Virus record (IMG/VR): IMGVR_UViG_648028025_000017
Reading direction: 5' to 3' (one strand)
DNA length: 57,405 bases
From: a virus
Lineage: Duplodnaviria; Heunggongvirae; Uroviricota; Caudoviricetes
The translations under genes were made by a program, and so were the position numbers. Under the pieces are notes generated by a model. The model searched no databases. It worked only from the letters and a program-made list of their open reading frames with translations, and was not told the origin of the DNA. Shown one piece after another: positions 32,098 through 40,678 of this stretch (the first letter of the stretch is position 1; every line of letters begins with the position of its first letter).

Positions 32098-32202
32098 CAA
32101 AGAGTAGTTGGCTTTGGGGTGACGTGAAGTGCAGCTGCAAGACGGCAACCGGAAGATAAGCACGCGGCGCGTCACCGCCAAAGTCAATCATCGGAGGTCA
32201 AC

Positions 32203-32475
32203 ATGACAGTAGTCATTACATATCTGGCTGACGATAACGCCAGAAATCGCCGCAGAGCACGCAGACAGGCTCAACGTGAACAGGCAATGCAAGAACAGCG
32301 ATTGGCACGAAAAATTGCGCTAAAGCTCTCTGGTTGCGTCAGAGCAGATAAAGCAGCATCACTCGGAAGCCTTCGCTGCAAGAAGGCAGATGAATGCAGT
32401 GGAAGTATTTGCCTGCCAAACGTAGCCATTTACGCGGCAGGCTACCGGAAATCAAAACAACTGACGGCGAGGTAA
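32203..32475 (+). CDS. N: N-like antitermination protein with arginine-rich motif
   Basis: 90 aa; DNARNRRRARRQAQREQ ARM; GGAGG RBS; first gene after pL/nutL. Confidence 0.65.
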   Translation: MTVVITYLADDNARNRRRARRQAQREQAMQEQRLARKIALKLSGCVRADKAASLGSLRCKKADECSGSICLPNVAIYAAGYRKSKQLTAR

Positions 32476-32477
32476 TT

Positions 32478-32840
32478 ATGGGTCAGGAAGAAAAATATGA
32501 GCTTAAAAAGCTCATTGGAGAAGACGCCATAGAAGAAATTGCAGCATTAACAACAGCTATAAAGAATATTAGGTATGCGCTAAATACGCTTATCTCCTCA
32601 TGCGACAAAAATAGCAGGGAATTTTTGATACTTGGCGCAGCTCTAGGAATAGTTGATGCGGCAACGCTTCACCTAATTACTCATGACGATATTCTTATTG
32701 AGCCGTATGAAACATTACTGCTTGTCAGGCAAAAAATGGCTGATGCCGCAGCAAATGGAGACCTTCAACTTTACATCGACTTAAGGAAAGTATTAAGGCG
32801 AATGGTCAAAACTGAAGGAGATATCCCCCTGACAAAGTAA
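32478..32840 (+). CDS. Hypothetical protein
   Basis: Start MGQEEKYELKK with GAGG RBS, 2 nt after N stop. Confidence 0.5.
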   Translation: MGQEEKYELKKLIGEDAIEEIAALTTAIKNIRYALNTLISSCDKNSREFLILGAALGIVDAATLHLITHDDILIEPYETLLLVRQKMADAAANGDLQLYIDLRKVLRRMVKTEGDIPLTK

Positions 32841-32870
32841 GGGGGTGAAGAGGCCATTTCAGGAATAAAA

Positions 32871-33365
32871 TTAATAATTTGTCAGCGGCGGTACATATAC
32901 AGGCTTAGGGTCTGGCGCTCTATACATCCGGTATTCATTCTTACAGCGAGGACATGAATGCACAAAGAACCCATTAGATTTTATAGTAACCGTGCTTGGT
33001 TGAAGTATCGATATTTTATGTTCGCCGAAGCAATGTGCACAAAGGTTATGCTGCTGAATAGAAGGATCGGAATGACTCTTAGGTCGATACACGACAGAAC
33101 CACCTTCAGTTGTATGAAGTTCATAATTCTCAGCTTGCACAACAAACATCTTGATTTTTCTATTTTCATCTCGAAGCTTCATTGCGATCTCCTTCTCGGC
33201 CTGATAAAGGCCAGAGAGCTCCGCATTAAGCATCTGTAAGTCAGTTATTCTTTGGTGTAGATCACCAATAGCTTTAGCGATAACAGCATCGTCTCTGGTT
33301 TCTTTTATTGTCTTCAGCAGATCATAAGCCTGTTTCGCGGCAGTTATACCAGATAACACATCCAT
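32871..33365 (-). CDS. Hypothetical coiled-coil / zinc-ribbon protein, oriented against the early-left operon
   Basis: 164 aa; N-terminal coiled coil; C-terminal C-x2-C ... C-x2-C (CAHCFGEH...CPRCKNEY); AT-rich. Confidence 0.6.
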   Translation of the reverse strand: MDVLSGITAAKQAYDLLKTIKETRDDAVIAKAIGDLHQRITDLQMLNAELSGLYQAEKEIAMKLRDENRKIKMFVVQAENYELHTTEGGSVVYRPKSHSDPSIQQHNLCAHCFGEHKISILQPSTVTIKSNGFFVHSCPRCKNEYRMYRAPDPKPVYVPPLTNY

Positions 33366-33565
33366 ATAAATTACTCTCTTACTGTAGGGGTAAGAGGATT
33401 TTACTATTTTTCTCGCTGTAGGGGTACACGAGAACCACCGAGCCTGATGTGGTTAAAAGACAGGCACAATCTTTACTACCGCAAGCCACGCAGTGAAATG
33501 GGTGTGACTTGTGTTGGTCGCCAGAAAATGAAATTAGACAGCAAACCACTTATTTGAGGTGAGAT

Positions 33566-34036
33566 ATGACAAAATCATGGAGCGTACCTTTTCCTGAATC
33601 AGAAACTGAACATGATGGAATGCCTGTTTTCTGGAGATTCCAGGCGACAGTTGAAGAAGATGGAATCAAAATATTCGCACTTCAATATATAGCTTTTCAT
33701 CAGACAGAGCATTATGCATGGTTGGTTCCTGCGCATTGGATTGTTAATTTTAAACCAGCACCAAATCAGTGGTTACAGGAATGGAAACAAAAGAGAAATA
33801 GATATGCAATTAAGAAAGTAGCAAAAAATGCAGAAAGATCTTTTGCATTCCCAACGAAGAAACTTGCTATTGAAAGTTTATTGCGCCGGAAGAAATACCA
33901 TTTAATGAGAATAAAACAAGATTTGGCTGTTGTATCAACTCTTGTTGATGGGATGAAAAATATTGATACATCAACACCAGATATTGAATATAACTTTGGA
34001 CACAACCAAGAAACAGAAAATTGGGTATTTTATTAG
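33566..34036 (+). CDS. Hypothetical protein
   Basis: 156-aa ORF with GAGG RBS. Confidence 0.55.
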   Translation: MTKSWSVPFPESETEHDGMPVFWRFQATVEEDGIKIFALQYIAFHQTEHYAWLVPAHWIVNFKPAPNQWLQEWKQKRNRYAIKKVAKNAERSFAFPTKKLAIESLLRRKKYHLMRIKQDLAVVSTLVDGMKNIDTSTPDIEYNFGHNQETENWVFY

Positions 34037-34179
34037 TACGAATAAGCACTGTGTATTCATTCCAACGAGTGAATACACGGAGCAATGTCGCTCGTAACTA
34101 AACAGGAGCCGACTTGTTCTGATTATTGGAAATCTTCTTTGCCCTCCAATGTGAGGGCGATTTTTTTGACGGAGGAAAT

Positions 34180-34491
34180 ATGAAATTACGTGTCTGGCAT
34201 ATCCCGCAAGTACCTATGAAACCGTTCATTGCAGAAGTGGCAAGTGTTGAAGAGGGTGTTCGCCTGATGGGCGCACTGGCTGATTATGACGCCTTTCAGT
34301 ATGACAACAACATCAAGCCTGATTACTGCAATGCTAACGGCCTTGAGATGTGGGATGAGAGCCTTACCGATGAAGATTTATCAGAGGTGGGGCTTACTGA
34401 TCGCTGGGTGGATTGGTACAGCGAATGCCAATGTTACGACGACCCACGTAAATATCTCGAAAGCCTGAAAGAAGAAACATCAGCCGCCTAA
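34180..34491 (+). CDS. Hypothetical acidic protein
   Basis: Start MKLRVWHIPQ with GGAGG RBS. Confidence 0.5.
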   Translation: MKLRVWHIPQVPMKPFIAEVASVEEGVRLMGALADYDAFQYDNNIKPDYCNANGLEMWDESLTDEDLSEVGLTDRWVDWYSECQCYDDPRKYLESLKEETSAA

Positions 34492-35094
34492 GCGCGGCTT
34501 TACCGCATACCAATAACGCTTCACTCGAGGCGTTTTCGTTATGCAATCAAATATAAGGAGTTACCCATGATGCACTTTCAGCTCGCGGGTAGCGGCGTCA
34601 TGTCCGCTTTCTACCCGCACGAATCTGAATTATCACGCCGAGTTAAACAATTAATTAGAGCAGCAAAGAAACAACTGGAGGCGTTATGCGCAATGAAATA
34701 GCCATTAATCACCAGATGCTTCGTGCGGCACAAAACAAAGCAGTAATAGCCAGATTTATTGGTGATTCAAAAATGTGGCTTGAAGCAAATAAAGCGATGA
34801 AATCAGCTATCAACCTTCCGTGGTATCGCAGGAAATGAGTTTCACAGATAACTGGTCAGACGAAGAATTCATTCGTCAGATGAAAGAATTAATCGGTAAC
34901 GAAGGAGATATTCATGTCACTTGCAACCACAGTGAAGGAGAGCAAGTTACAGAGACGCATGTACACGCAGCAGGCGTTAATGTATCGCCAGAAGGGAGAT
35001 CGTGAAGGTGTTCGCGTATTTTTAAATGCGGCAAAGACTGAAGTATTAAATCAGCGTTATTTCCTTGGGCCATGCCCATTCTGAGAACAAACAT

Positions 35095-35700
35095 ATGAGC
35101 AAAGACTTTTACGCAAGACTGGCAGCTATTCAGGAGAACTTGAACGCGCCAAAGAATCAGTACAACTCATTCGGTAAATATAAATACAGAAGCTGCGAAG
35201 ACATTCTTGAAGGCGTTAAGCCGTTACTGAATGGCCTGTTTTTATCAATCAGCGATGAAGTTGTGTTGATTGGTGATCGGTATTATGTGAAAGCCACGGC
35301 AACTATTACCGATGGCGAAAACAGTCATACGGCAACCGCTCTTGCACGAGAGGAAGAAAGCAAGAAAGGAATGGATTCTGCACAAGTTACGGGAGCTACA
35401 AGCTCTTATGCACGCAAGTATTGCCTCAATGGTTTGTTCGGCATTGATGATGCGAAAGATGCAGATACCGACGAGCATAAACATCAGCAGAACGCAGCAG
35501 CAAAGCAGTCAAAACCATCACCTACACCTGAACAGGTTCTAAAAGCATTCACTGACGCAGCATTGCAGAAAAACACCGTGGAAGAGCTTAAACAGGCGTT
35601 CGCCAAAGCGTGGAAGATGCTCGAAGGCACACCGGAGCAGCACAAAGCGCAGGACGTTTACAACATCAGACGAGACGAATTAGAAGGAGCTGCTGCTTAA
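35095..35700 (+). CDS. erf: Erf single-strand annealing protein
   Basis: MSKDFYARLAAIQENLNAPKNQYNSFGKYKYRSCEDILEGVKPLLNGLFLSISDEVVLIGDRYYVKATATITDGENSH matches recalled P22 Erf. Confidence 0.9.
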   Translation: MSKDFYARLAAIQENLNAPKNQYNSFGKYKYRSCEDILEGVKPLLNGLFLSISDEVVLIGDRYYVKATATITDGENSHTATALAREEESKKGMDSAQVTGATSSYARKYCLNGLFGIDDAKDADTDEHKHQQNAAAKQSKPSPTPEQVLKAFTDAALQKNTVEELKQAFAKAWKMLEGTPEQHKAQDVYNIRRDELEGAAA

Positions 35701-36083
35701 TGGCACATTCGATTACTGTAAGACTAAACAAGCCCGCAAGAGAGTTTCAGGCCGGGGAAAATATCGGATTCAACATCCGTGCTGGCGTTCAGTATTACGA
35801 TCGCCAGACAAAAAAGAAAGAATGGACAAACTACAGCGCCGTTGTATTTGCCAAGCCGGGAGCGCAAGCGGATTACTACCGTAGTGTTCTTGTTGAAGGT
35901 GGCATTGTGGAAATTACCGGAGAAAACATCAGGGTTGATGTTTATCAGGGGCAAAATGGTCAATCAATCACTCTTGAATTACTGAATGCAAAGATTGGAT
36001 TTGCAGCTTCAGGAAATGGCCCGCAGCAGCAAAGTAGTAACCAGCAGAACACTCCTGTATACGACGATTCCATCCCATTCTGA
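35700..36083 (+). CDS. ssb: Single-stranded DNA-binding protein (acidic C-terminal tail DDSIPF)
   Basis: Start overlaps erf stop (TAATG); 127 aa; C-terminal ...VYDDSIPF like SSB tail. Confidence 0.7.
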   Translation: MAHSITVRLNKPAREFQAGENIGFNIRAGVQYYDRQTKKKEWTNYSAVVFAKPGAQADYYRSVLVEGGIVEITGENIRVDVYQGQNGQSITLELLNAKIGFAASGNGPQQQSSNQQNTPVYDDSIPF

Positions 36084-36106
36084 TTTAGAAAAATAAGGAT
36101 TTAATT

Positions 36107-36400
36107 ATGCCAGCGCCTCTGTATGGTGCGGATGACCCACGCCGCTGTTCCGGCAATTCCGTATCGGAGGTGCTGGATAAATTCAGAAAAAACTACGATC
36201 GGATAATGTCGCTACCGCAGGAAACGAAAGAGGAAAAGGAATTTCGCCATTGTATATGGCTTGCAGAGAAAGAAGAACGCGAGCGAATTTACCAGACATC
36301 AATCCGACCATTCCGCAAAGCCACATATACCCACTTCCCTGAAATTGACCCGCGCCTGCGTAATTACCGCTCACGCTATGGCGCTATCAGTAATGACTGA
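36107..36400 (+). CDS. Hypothetical protein
   Basis: 97-aa ORF in early-left operon. Confidence 0.5.
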   Translation: MPAPLYGADDPRRCSGNSVSEVLDKFRKNYDRIMSLPQETKEEKEFRHCIWLAEKEERERIYQTSIRPFRKATYTHFPEIDPRLRNYRSRYGAISND

Positions 36401-36571
36401 GGAATTTACCATGAGAGGACTTGCATACAATCCCGGCATTCTTCCGGCAGAAATGATTATTCGCCAACGCGTAAAGCCAATGCCATCGAGAGAGTAATTG
36501 CTTAAGAGAAAGAGTTTCGGTTCTGTTAATGACAACAAATATCTGAATGCTATGTGGCGGAGTGGGAAAAA

Positions 36572-37159
36572 ATGAAACAAATGTCACTAATTGAGATGGA
36601 TGGTTTTCTGAAAGGTAAATGCATCCCACGAGATCTAAAGGTTAACGAAACAAACGCTGAATATCTTGTCCGTAAGTTCGGTGAACTTGAATCAAAACTG
36701 GAAACGGCGTTGCGGGAGTGTCGTTCTGCTGGAATCACGATTGATAACCTTGAGGCCAAGTGCGCGGCGCTGGCAGCGGAGAGTGCGGGGATGAAGAAGT
36801 TCTGCAAAGACGCTGCATTCGATGCCGATTACGAAGCAGAGCTAGGTATGGAGCGTGGTTTATTCAGTGATGCGCTTAACGAAATCAAAACCCCAGCCAC
36901 CGATGCTTTCCTGGCTGAAGTACGTGCGGAAGCACGCAACGAGGGTATTAACTATGCCGCAAGCCGTCTTGCTGCTGCTTTCAACCACGGATTTATCAAT
37001 AAGTCTTTACGTGAAGTTTTCGATGTTACGCGCATGATTCTGTCAGCGAAAGAAGAGTTGGCTAATGAACCGCATCCGATTGATGGCCTGTCTGGTGAAT
37101 ATGCGGAGAAATCCCTTGAAGAATGGGCGGAACAGATTCGCAAAGGAGGCAACCAGTGA
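36572..37159 (+). CDS. Hypothetical protein
   Basis: Start MKQMSLIEMDG; 195 aa. Confidence 0.5.
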   Translation: MKQMSLIEMDGFLKGKCIPRDLKVNETNAEYLVRKFGELESKLETALRECRSAGITIDNLEAKCAALAAESAGMKKFCKDAAFDADYEAELGMERGLFSDALNEIKTPATDAFLAEVRAEARNEGINYAASRLAAAFNHGFINKSLREVFDVTRMILSAKEELANEPHPIDGLSGEYAEKSLEEWAEQIRKGGNQ

Positions 37160-37824
37160 GCCTGATTGACTATCAGGCACTGCGTGCCAAGGCAGAAAAA
37201 GCAACGTGTGGTGTATGGTCGCTCGAATATGGAGAGAGCCGATTTGATTGTGATGATGCGTTAATTCATCGTGAAGTTGTTGGATATCTTCCCATTTGCA
37301 GAATTGAAGGAGCACATCCAGAAAGCGGTTTCGATGAAGATTTCCAAATGGAACAGCAGGCCAATGCTGAATTCATCGCCGCAGCCAATCCGGCTACTGT
37401 GCTGGCATTACTGGATGAACTGGAAAGAAACCAGCAATACATCAAACGCCGCGATCAGGAGAACGAGGATATTGCGCTAACGGTAGGGAAACTGCGTGTT
37501 GAGCTGGAAGGCAAAGACAAGCTGATTGCAGAGCTTGGAAAACAATGCGCCGAATGGGAGCGAAAAGCATTAAGCAACTTTGAAGAGTGTGCTGCGATGG
37601 CTGAACGTATCGAAGAGATGAGTAAGCAAAGTTGCGAAGCCCGGGAGCGTGATTTGTTTGAATCATGGGTAATGCATTCAATTTGTATCTCCAAATCGAC
37701 GCTTGAAGGATTGCGTACCGAAACTGGATACCGTAACGCAACCTTATCAGGCACAGACTTCAACCGAATGTGGAAACAATGGAAATCTATCCGCGCTACT
37801 GGCATTCGCATCAAAGGAGAGTGA
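37156..37824 (+). CDS. Hypothetical protein (Ea22-like?), GTG start
   Basis: GTG start with AAGGAGG RBS overlapping upstream stop; AANPATVLALLDELERNQ motif reminiscent of Ea22-like proteins. Confidence 0.45.
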   Translation: MSLIDYQALRAKAEKATCGVWSLEYGESRFDCDDALIHREVVGYLPICRIEGAHPESGFDEDFQMEQQANAEFIAAANPATVLALLDELERNQQYIKRRDQENEDIALTVGKLRVELEGKDKLIAELGKQCAEWERKALSNFEECAAMAERIEEMSKQSCEARERDLFESWVMHSICISKSTLEGLRTETGYRNATLSGTDFNRMWKQWKSIRATGIRIKGE

Positions 37825-37825
37825 G

Positions 37826-38014
37826 ATGTCGCTGACGGTTAGGCAGTTAATCAGCAAGCTCAGAAAAATGCCTCCTGAGGCTGTCGTGGTCTGGCAGGGC
37901 TATGACCAATCAGAGGGTGAGTATAACGACTTTGTAGGTCATGTTGCTGATGTTACAGATGAGAATGCACCATCTTTTGACCCAGAAGTGCGCGTTGTGG
38001 CGCTAAGAGGATAA
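37826..38014 (+). CDS. Small hypothetical protein
   Basis: 62 aa; AAAGGAGAG RBS. Confidence 0.4.
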   Translation: MSLTVRQLISKLRKMPPEAVVVWQGYDQSEGEYNDFVGHVADVTDENAPSFDPEVRVVALRG

Positions 38015-38017
38015 CCC

Positions 38018-38635
38018 ATGACCACTATTACCAAAGAGCGACTACTGACAATCAAGCAGTGGCGCGAAACATACGGACCTGGTAGCAACGTTGTACTGCC
38101 AGCAGAAGAAGCGGAAGAACTGGCACGAATTGCTCTGGCATCGCTGGAAGCAGAGCCTATTGGTGAGGTTTCAGAGAAGCGACTCGGCCTTGTTATGGAT
38201 GGAACGGTAGACCTTGGCGGGAAATCAACTTATCGCATCATTAAGGGAGAAAAAGCGATGAAGTTGTTGCCGCTGGGGACGAAGTTTTATACCGCACCGC
38301 CAGCGCCGATAGCGTTGGAGGCCATTGAAAATGCAATAGAATACATCCGCAGTATCGCTTTTCACATCGATGAAGACGATTACCACGGCAAACATATTGC
38401 GTATTTCATGCGACAAGCATTGGCCTGGCTGGAAGGGCATTCATGCAGTGATGACAGTCAGGGCAAATCCGATAATTCACCATTGCCGCGCTACCAGGTG
38501 ATCGAATTAACAATGCTGGTTAAACAATTGGTCAGCCAACTGAAAAAAGCAAAACCTGATTGCAAATTACCTGATAGGGCGATGGATTATCTTTTGCGAA
38601 ACGGACTGGTAAGTGCGGAGGATGTTTTACGATGA
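38018..38635 (+). CDS. Hypothetical protein
   Basis: 205-aa ORF, translationally coupled to neighbours. Confidence 0.55.
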   Translation: MTTITKERLLTIKQWRETYGPGSNVVLPAEEAEELARIALASLEAEPIGEVSEKRLGLVMDGTVDLGGKSTYRIIKGEKAMKLLPLGTKFYTAPPAPIALEAIENAIEYIRSIAFHIDEDDYHGKHIAYFMRQALAWLEGHSCSDDSQGKSDNSPLPRYQVIELTMLVKQLVSQLKKAKPDCKLPDRAMDYLLRNGLVSAEDVLR

Positions 38636-39219
38636 CCATTTCTACAAAAAAGCCTCTTTATGCTGAGGTTCACAATGTTCCTGATGATTATGAGTTCACT
38701 GACGAGGAACTAAACAGAATTATTGCAGGTGATATGTTCACTCCTCGTCAGGCCGCAATAATGGCACGGGAGATACAGAAACTCCGCGCCGCCATGCTTC
38801 ATGGTGCCGAACCTGTAAGCCAAACTTACAAGTCACAACATACGCAGTTTGAACAAGTTGCTGACCTCTACGAAATGCAATTTGATGACGGTCGCACTTG
38901 TGCCTTTCACACTGATGCGCAAAAGGCTGCGCAATGGCTTCAGGCATGCGACGGAAACAGGGTTCAGGAATACGTGAAGCTGGAGCGATTGCGTAATGCG
39001 CTATCGGGCAACTCTCCGGTAACTCCGGATGGTTGGATATGCTGTAGTGAGCGAATGCCGGATAAGTTAATTCCGGTAATGGTCATGTATGAAGACGGTG
39101 AGATGTGGTCTGCAATGTGGAATGGCAATCGCTGGGATGATGGCACCGAATATCCGGATCCGCACTCAGTTACGCACTGGCGTGAAATGCCAGCAGCACC
39201 GCAGCAGGAGGTGAAGTGA
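38632..39219 (+). CDS. Hypothetical protein with DUF551-like C-terminal domain
   Basis: C-terminal DGWICCSERMPDKLIPVMVMYEDGEMWSAMWNGNRWDDG...THWREMP pattern. Confidence 0.55.
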   Translation: MTISTKKPLYAEVHNVPDDYEFTDEELNRIIAGDMFTPRQAAIMAREIQKLRAAMLHGAEPVSQTYKSQHTQFEQVADLYEMQFDDGRTCAFHTDAQKAAQWLQACDGNRVQEYVKLERLRNALSGNSPVTPDGWICCSERMPDKLIPVMVMYEDGEMWSAMWNGNRWDDGTEYPDPHSVTHWREMPAAPQQEVK

Positions 39220-39497
39220 TGGACTCCTTCGCGAAATATACGATTATTGACTGGATAGCATTCCTTCAGGTTTTGCTCATCTGGTTTTATATGGCTTACA
39301 GGAGTGGGCAGTGGATTGTCAGTGTAGCCTGTAGCAAGGGATGGCGTTGGTGGAACCGAAAGAATAAAAAAGCGCTGGCCTTGGATTCGTTTTACGAAGC
39401 ATTCAATCTTAACAGTCTTCAGCCTGGTTATGTCATTGTAGTCACCACTCAAAGCGGCATGACCATTCAGATTCATAAACCAAAAGAGGAAAAATGA
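39216..39497 (+). CDS. Hypothetical membrane-associated protein
   Basis: 93 aa with one hydrophobic segment. Confidence 0.5.
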   Translation: MMDSFAKYTIIDWIAFLQVLLIWFYMAYRSGQWIVSVACSKGWRWWNRKNKKALALDSFYEAFNLNSLQPGYVIVVTTQSGMTIQIHKPKEEK

Positions 39498-39642
39498 TGT
39501 GGCCTATATGTGTTAATTGCGGACGGATGTGCCTATCTGGATGGTGCCGAAAGTGCGACAAATGCACGAAGAAAAGACAATAACAATCCTCGCACTGACG
39601 GGGATTTCTTTTATCTGAACTCGCTACGGCGAGTTTTGTTTT

Positions 39643-39954
39643 ATGGAGATGATTATGGCCTGTTCAACATTCAACCCTTTAACGTTACAGAAATACCAGC
39701 CAGACCCTGAAGATTTATGCTCACTGTGTGGCGGAAATCATGGTAAAGCTGCCATGATCGAATGTAAGGACAAAATCCACATATGCCTTAATTGCGTTGA
39801 TGTCCTCGTTGATATCAAAAATGAAAGAGAAGATAAAAAGCGTAGCGAGGCTATTCGCGCCTTAGATTCATGGATGCGAGATGGGTATAGTGCTGCGCAA
39901 ATTTATGACTTAGCCATTTCAAAAGGCGAAATACCAGGTGTGCGAATCGAATAA
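39643..39954 (+). CDS. Hypothetical cysteine-containing protein
   Basis: 103 aa; CSLCGG...CLNC. Confidence 0.5.
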   Translation: MEMIMACSTFNPLTLQKYQPDPEDLCSLCGGNHGKAAMIECKDKIHICLNCVDVLVDIKNEREDKKRSEAIRALDSWMRDGYSAAQIYDLAISKGEIPGVRIE

Positions 39955-39974
39955 GAAGCGCACTCAAGCATCTT

Positions 39975-40157
39975 TTGGGGAAATCACAAATGCACTTCCG
40001 AGTCACAGGTGAATTGAATGGAGAACCATTCAACAGAGTTATCGAAGCAGAGGACATCAACGACTGCTATGACCACTGGATGATATGGGCGCAGATAGCA
40101 CATGCAGACGTAACCAATATTCGAATTGAAGAACTGAAAGAACACCAAGCCGCCTGA
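39975..40157 (+). CDS. Small hypothetical protein
   Basis: 60-aa ORF, last gene before terminator. Confidence 0.4.
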   Translation: MGKSQMHFRVTGELNGEPFNRVIEAEDINDCYDHWMIWAQIAHADVTNIRIEELKEHQAA

Positions 40158-40170
40158 TGGCGGTTTTTTA
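40150..40170 (+). terminator. Intrinsic terminator at end of early-left operon
   Basis: CCGCC-TGAT-GGCGG hairpin + TTTTTT. Confidence 0.7.
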
Positions 40171-40178
40171 TTGCCTGA

Positions 40179-40195
40179 TTTGCAGGTTCGATTCC
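40179..40195 (+). other. att-like fragment: tRNA T-arm-like 17-mer (TTTGCAGGTTCGATTCC)
   Basis: Matches T-arm segment of tRNA-Arg (argW) as I recall it; diverges after GATTCC. Confidence 0.5.
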
Positions 40196-40214
40196 CTATT
40201 CGGAGATAGCACTC

Positions 40215-40415
40215 ATGCAACACGAACTACAACCTGATTCACTGGTTGATTTGAAATTCATCATGGCTGATACTGGCTTTGGTAAAACCTTCATCTACGA
40301 CCGGATTAAGTCCGGCGACCTGCCTAAAGCCAAAGTTATCCACGGTCGAGCAAGATGGTTATATCGTGACCATTGTGAATTCAAAAATAAGCTCTTAAGC
40401 CGCGCTAATGGGTAA
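40215..40415 (+). CDS. xis: AlpA-family excisionase / transcriptional regulator (Xis-like)
   Basis: 66 aa; LVDLKFIMADTGFGKTFIYDRIKSGDLPKAKVIHGRARWL fits AlpA pattern. Confidence 0.7.
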   Translation: MQHELQPDSLVDLKFIMADTGFGKTFIYDRIKSGDLPKAKVIHGRARWLYRDHCEFKNKLLSRANG

Positions 40416-40483
40416 AATAGCGGGTAAAATATTTCTCACATCTAAAAAATACCATTCTAATCAATCCCCTGCCACTCTAAGTA

Positions 40484-40503
40484 GATGTCTGCAGGGGACA
40501 CCA
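40484..40503 (+). other. att core-like fragment: tRNA 3'-acceptor end (CTGCAGGGGACACCA)
   Basis: 15-nt match to 3' end of tRNA-Arg (argW) from memory, including CCA; 176 bp upstream of the second integrase gene. Confidence 0.55.
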
Positions 40504-40678
40504 TGCACACCTCTCCTGAAATCTACCATACCCCACAAAAAGCCTTTATAATCAGCACATACCCTTACTTATGTTACTCAAATAGTCGCCTTAATTCTCC
40601 TCAGGGGAACGTAAATCAAGTCACATTTGGGGGCCTATTTAGGGGCACATCTTGGTCAATCTATTGCGAGGCCCCCAG

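Noticed and set aside
32394-32477. N-terminal extension of the ORF overlapping the 3' end of N
   Set aside because: The in-frame Met at 32,478 has a proper RBS and lies directly after the N stop; the upstream extension would overlap N in another frame.
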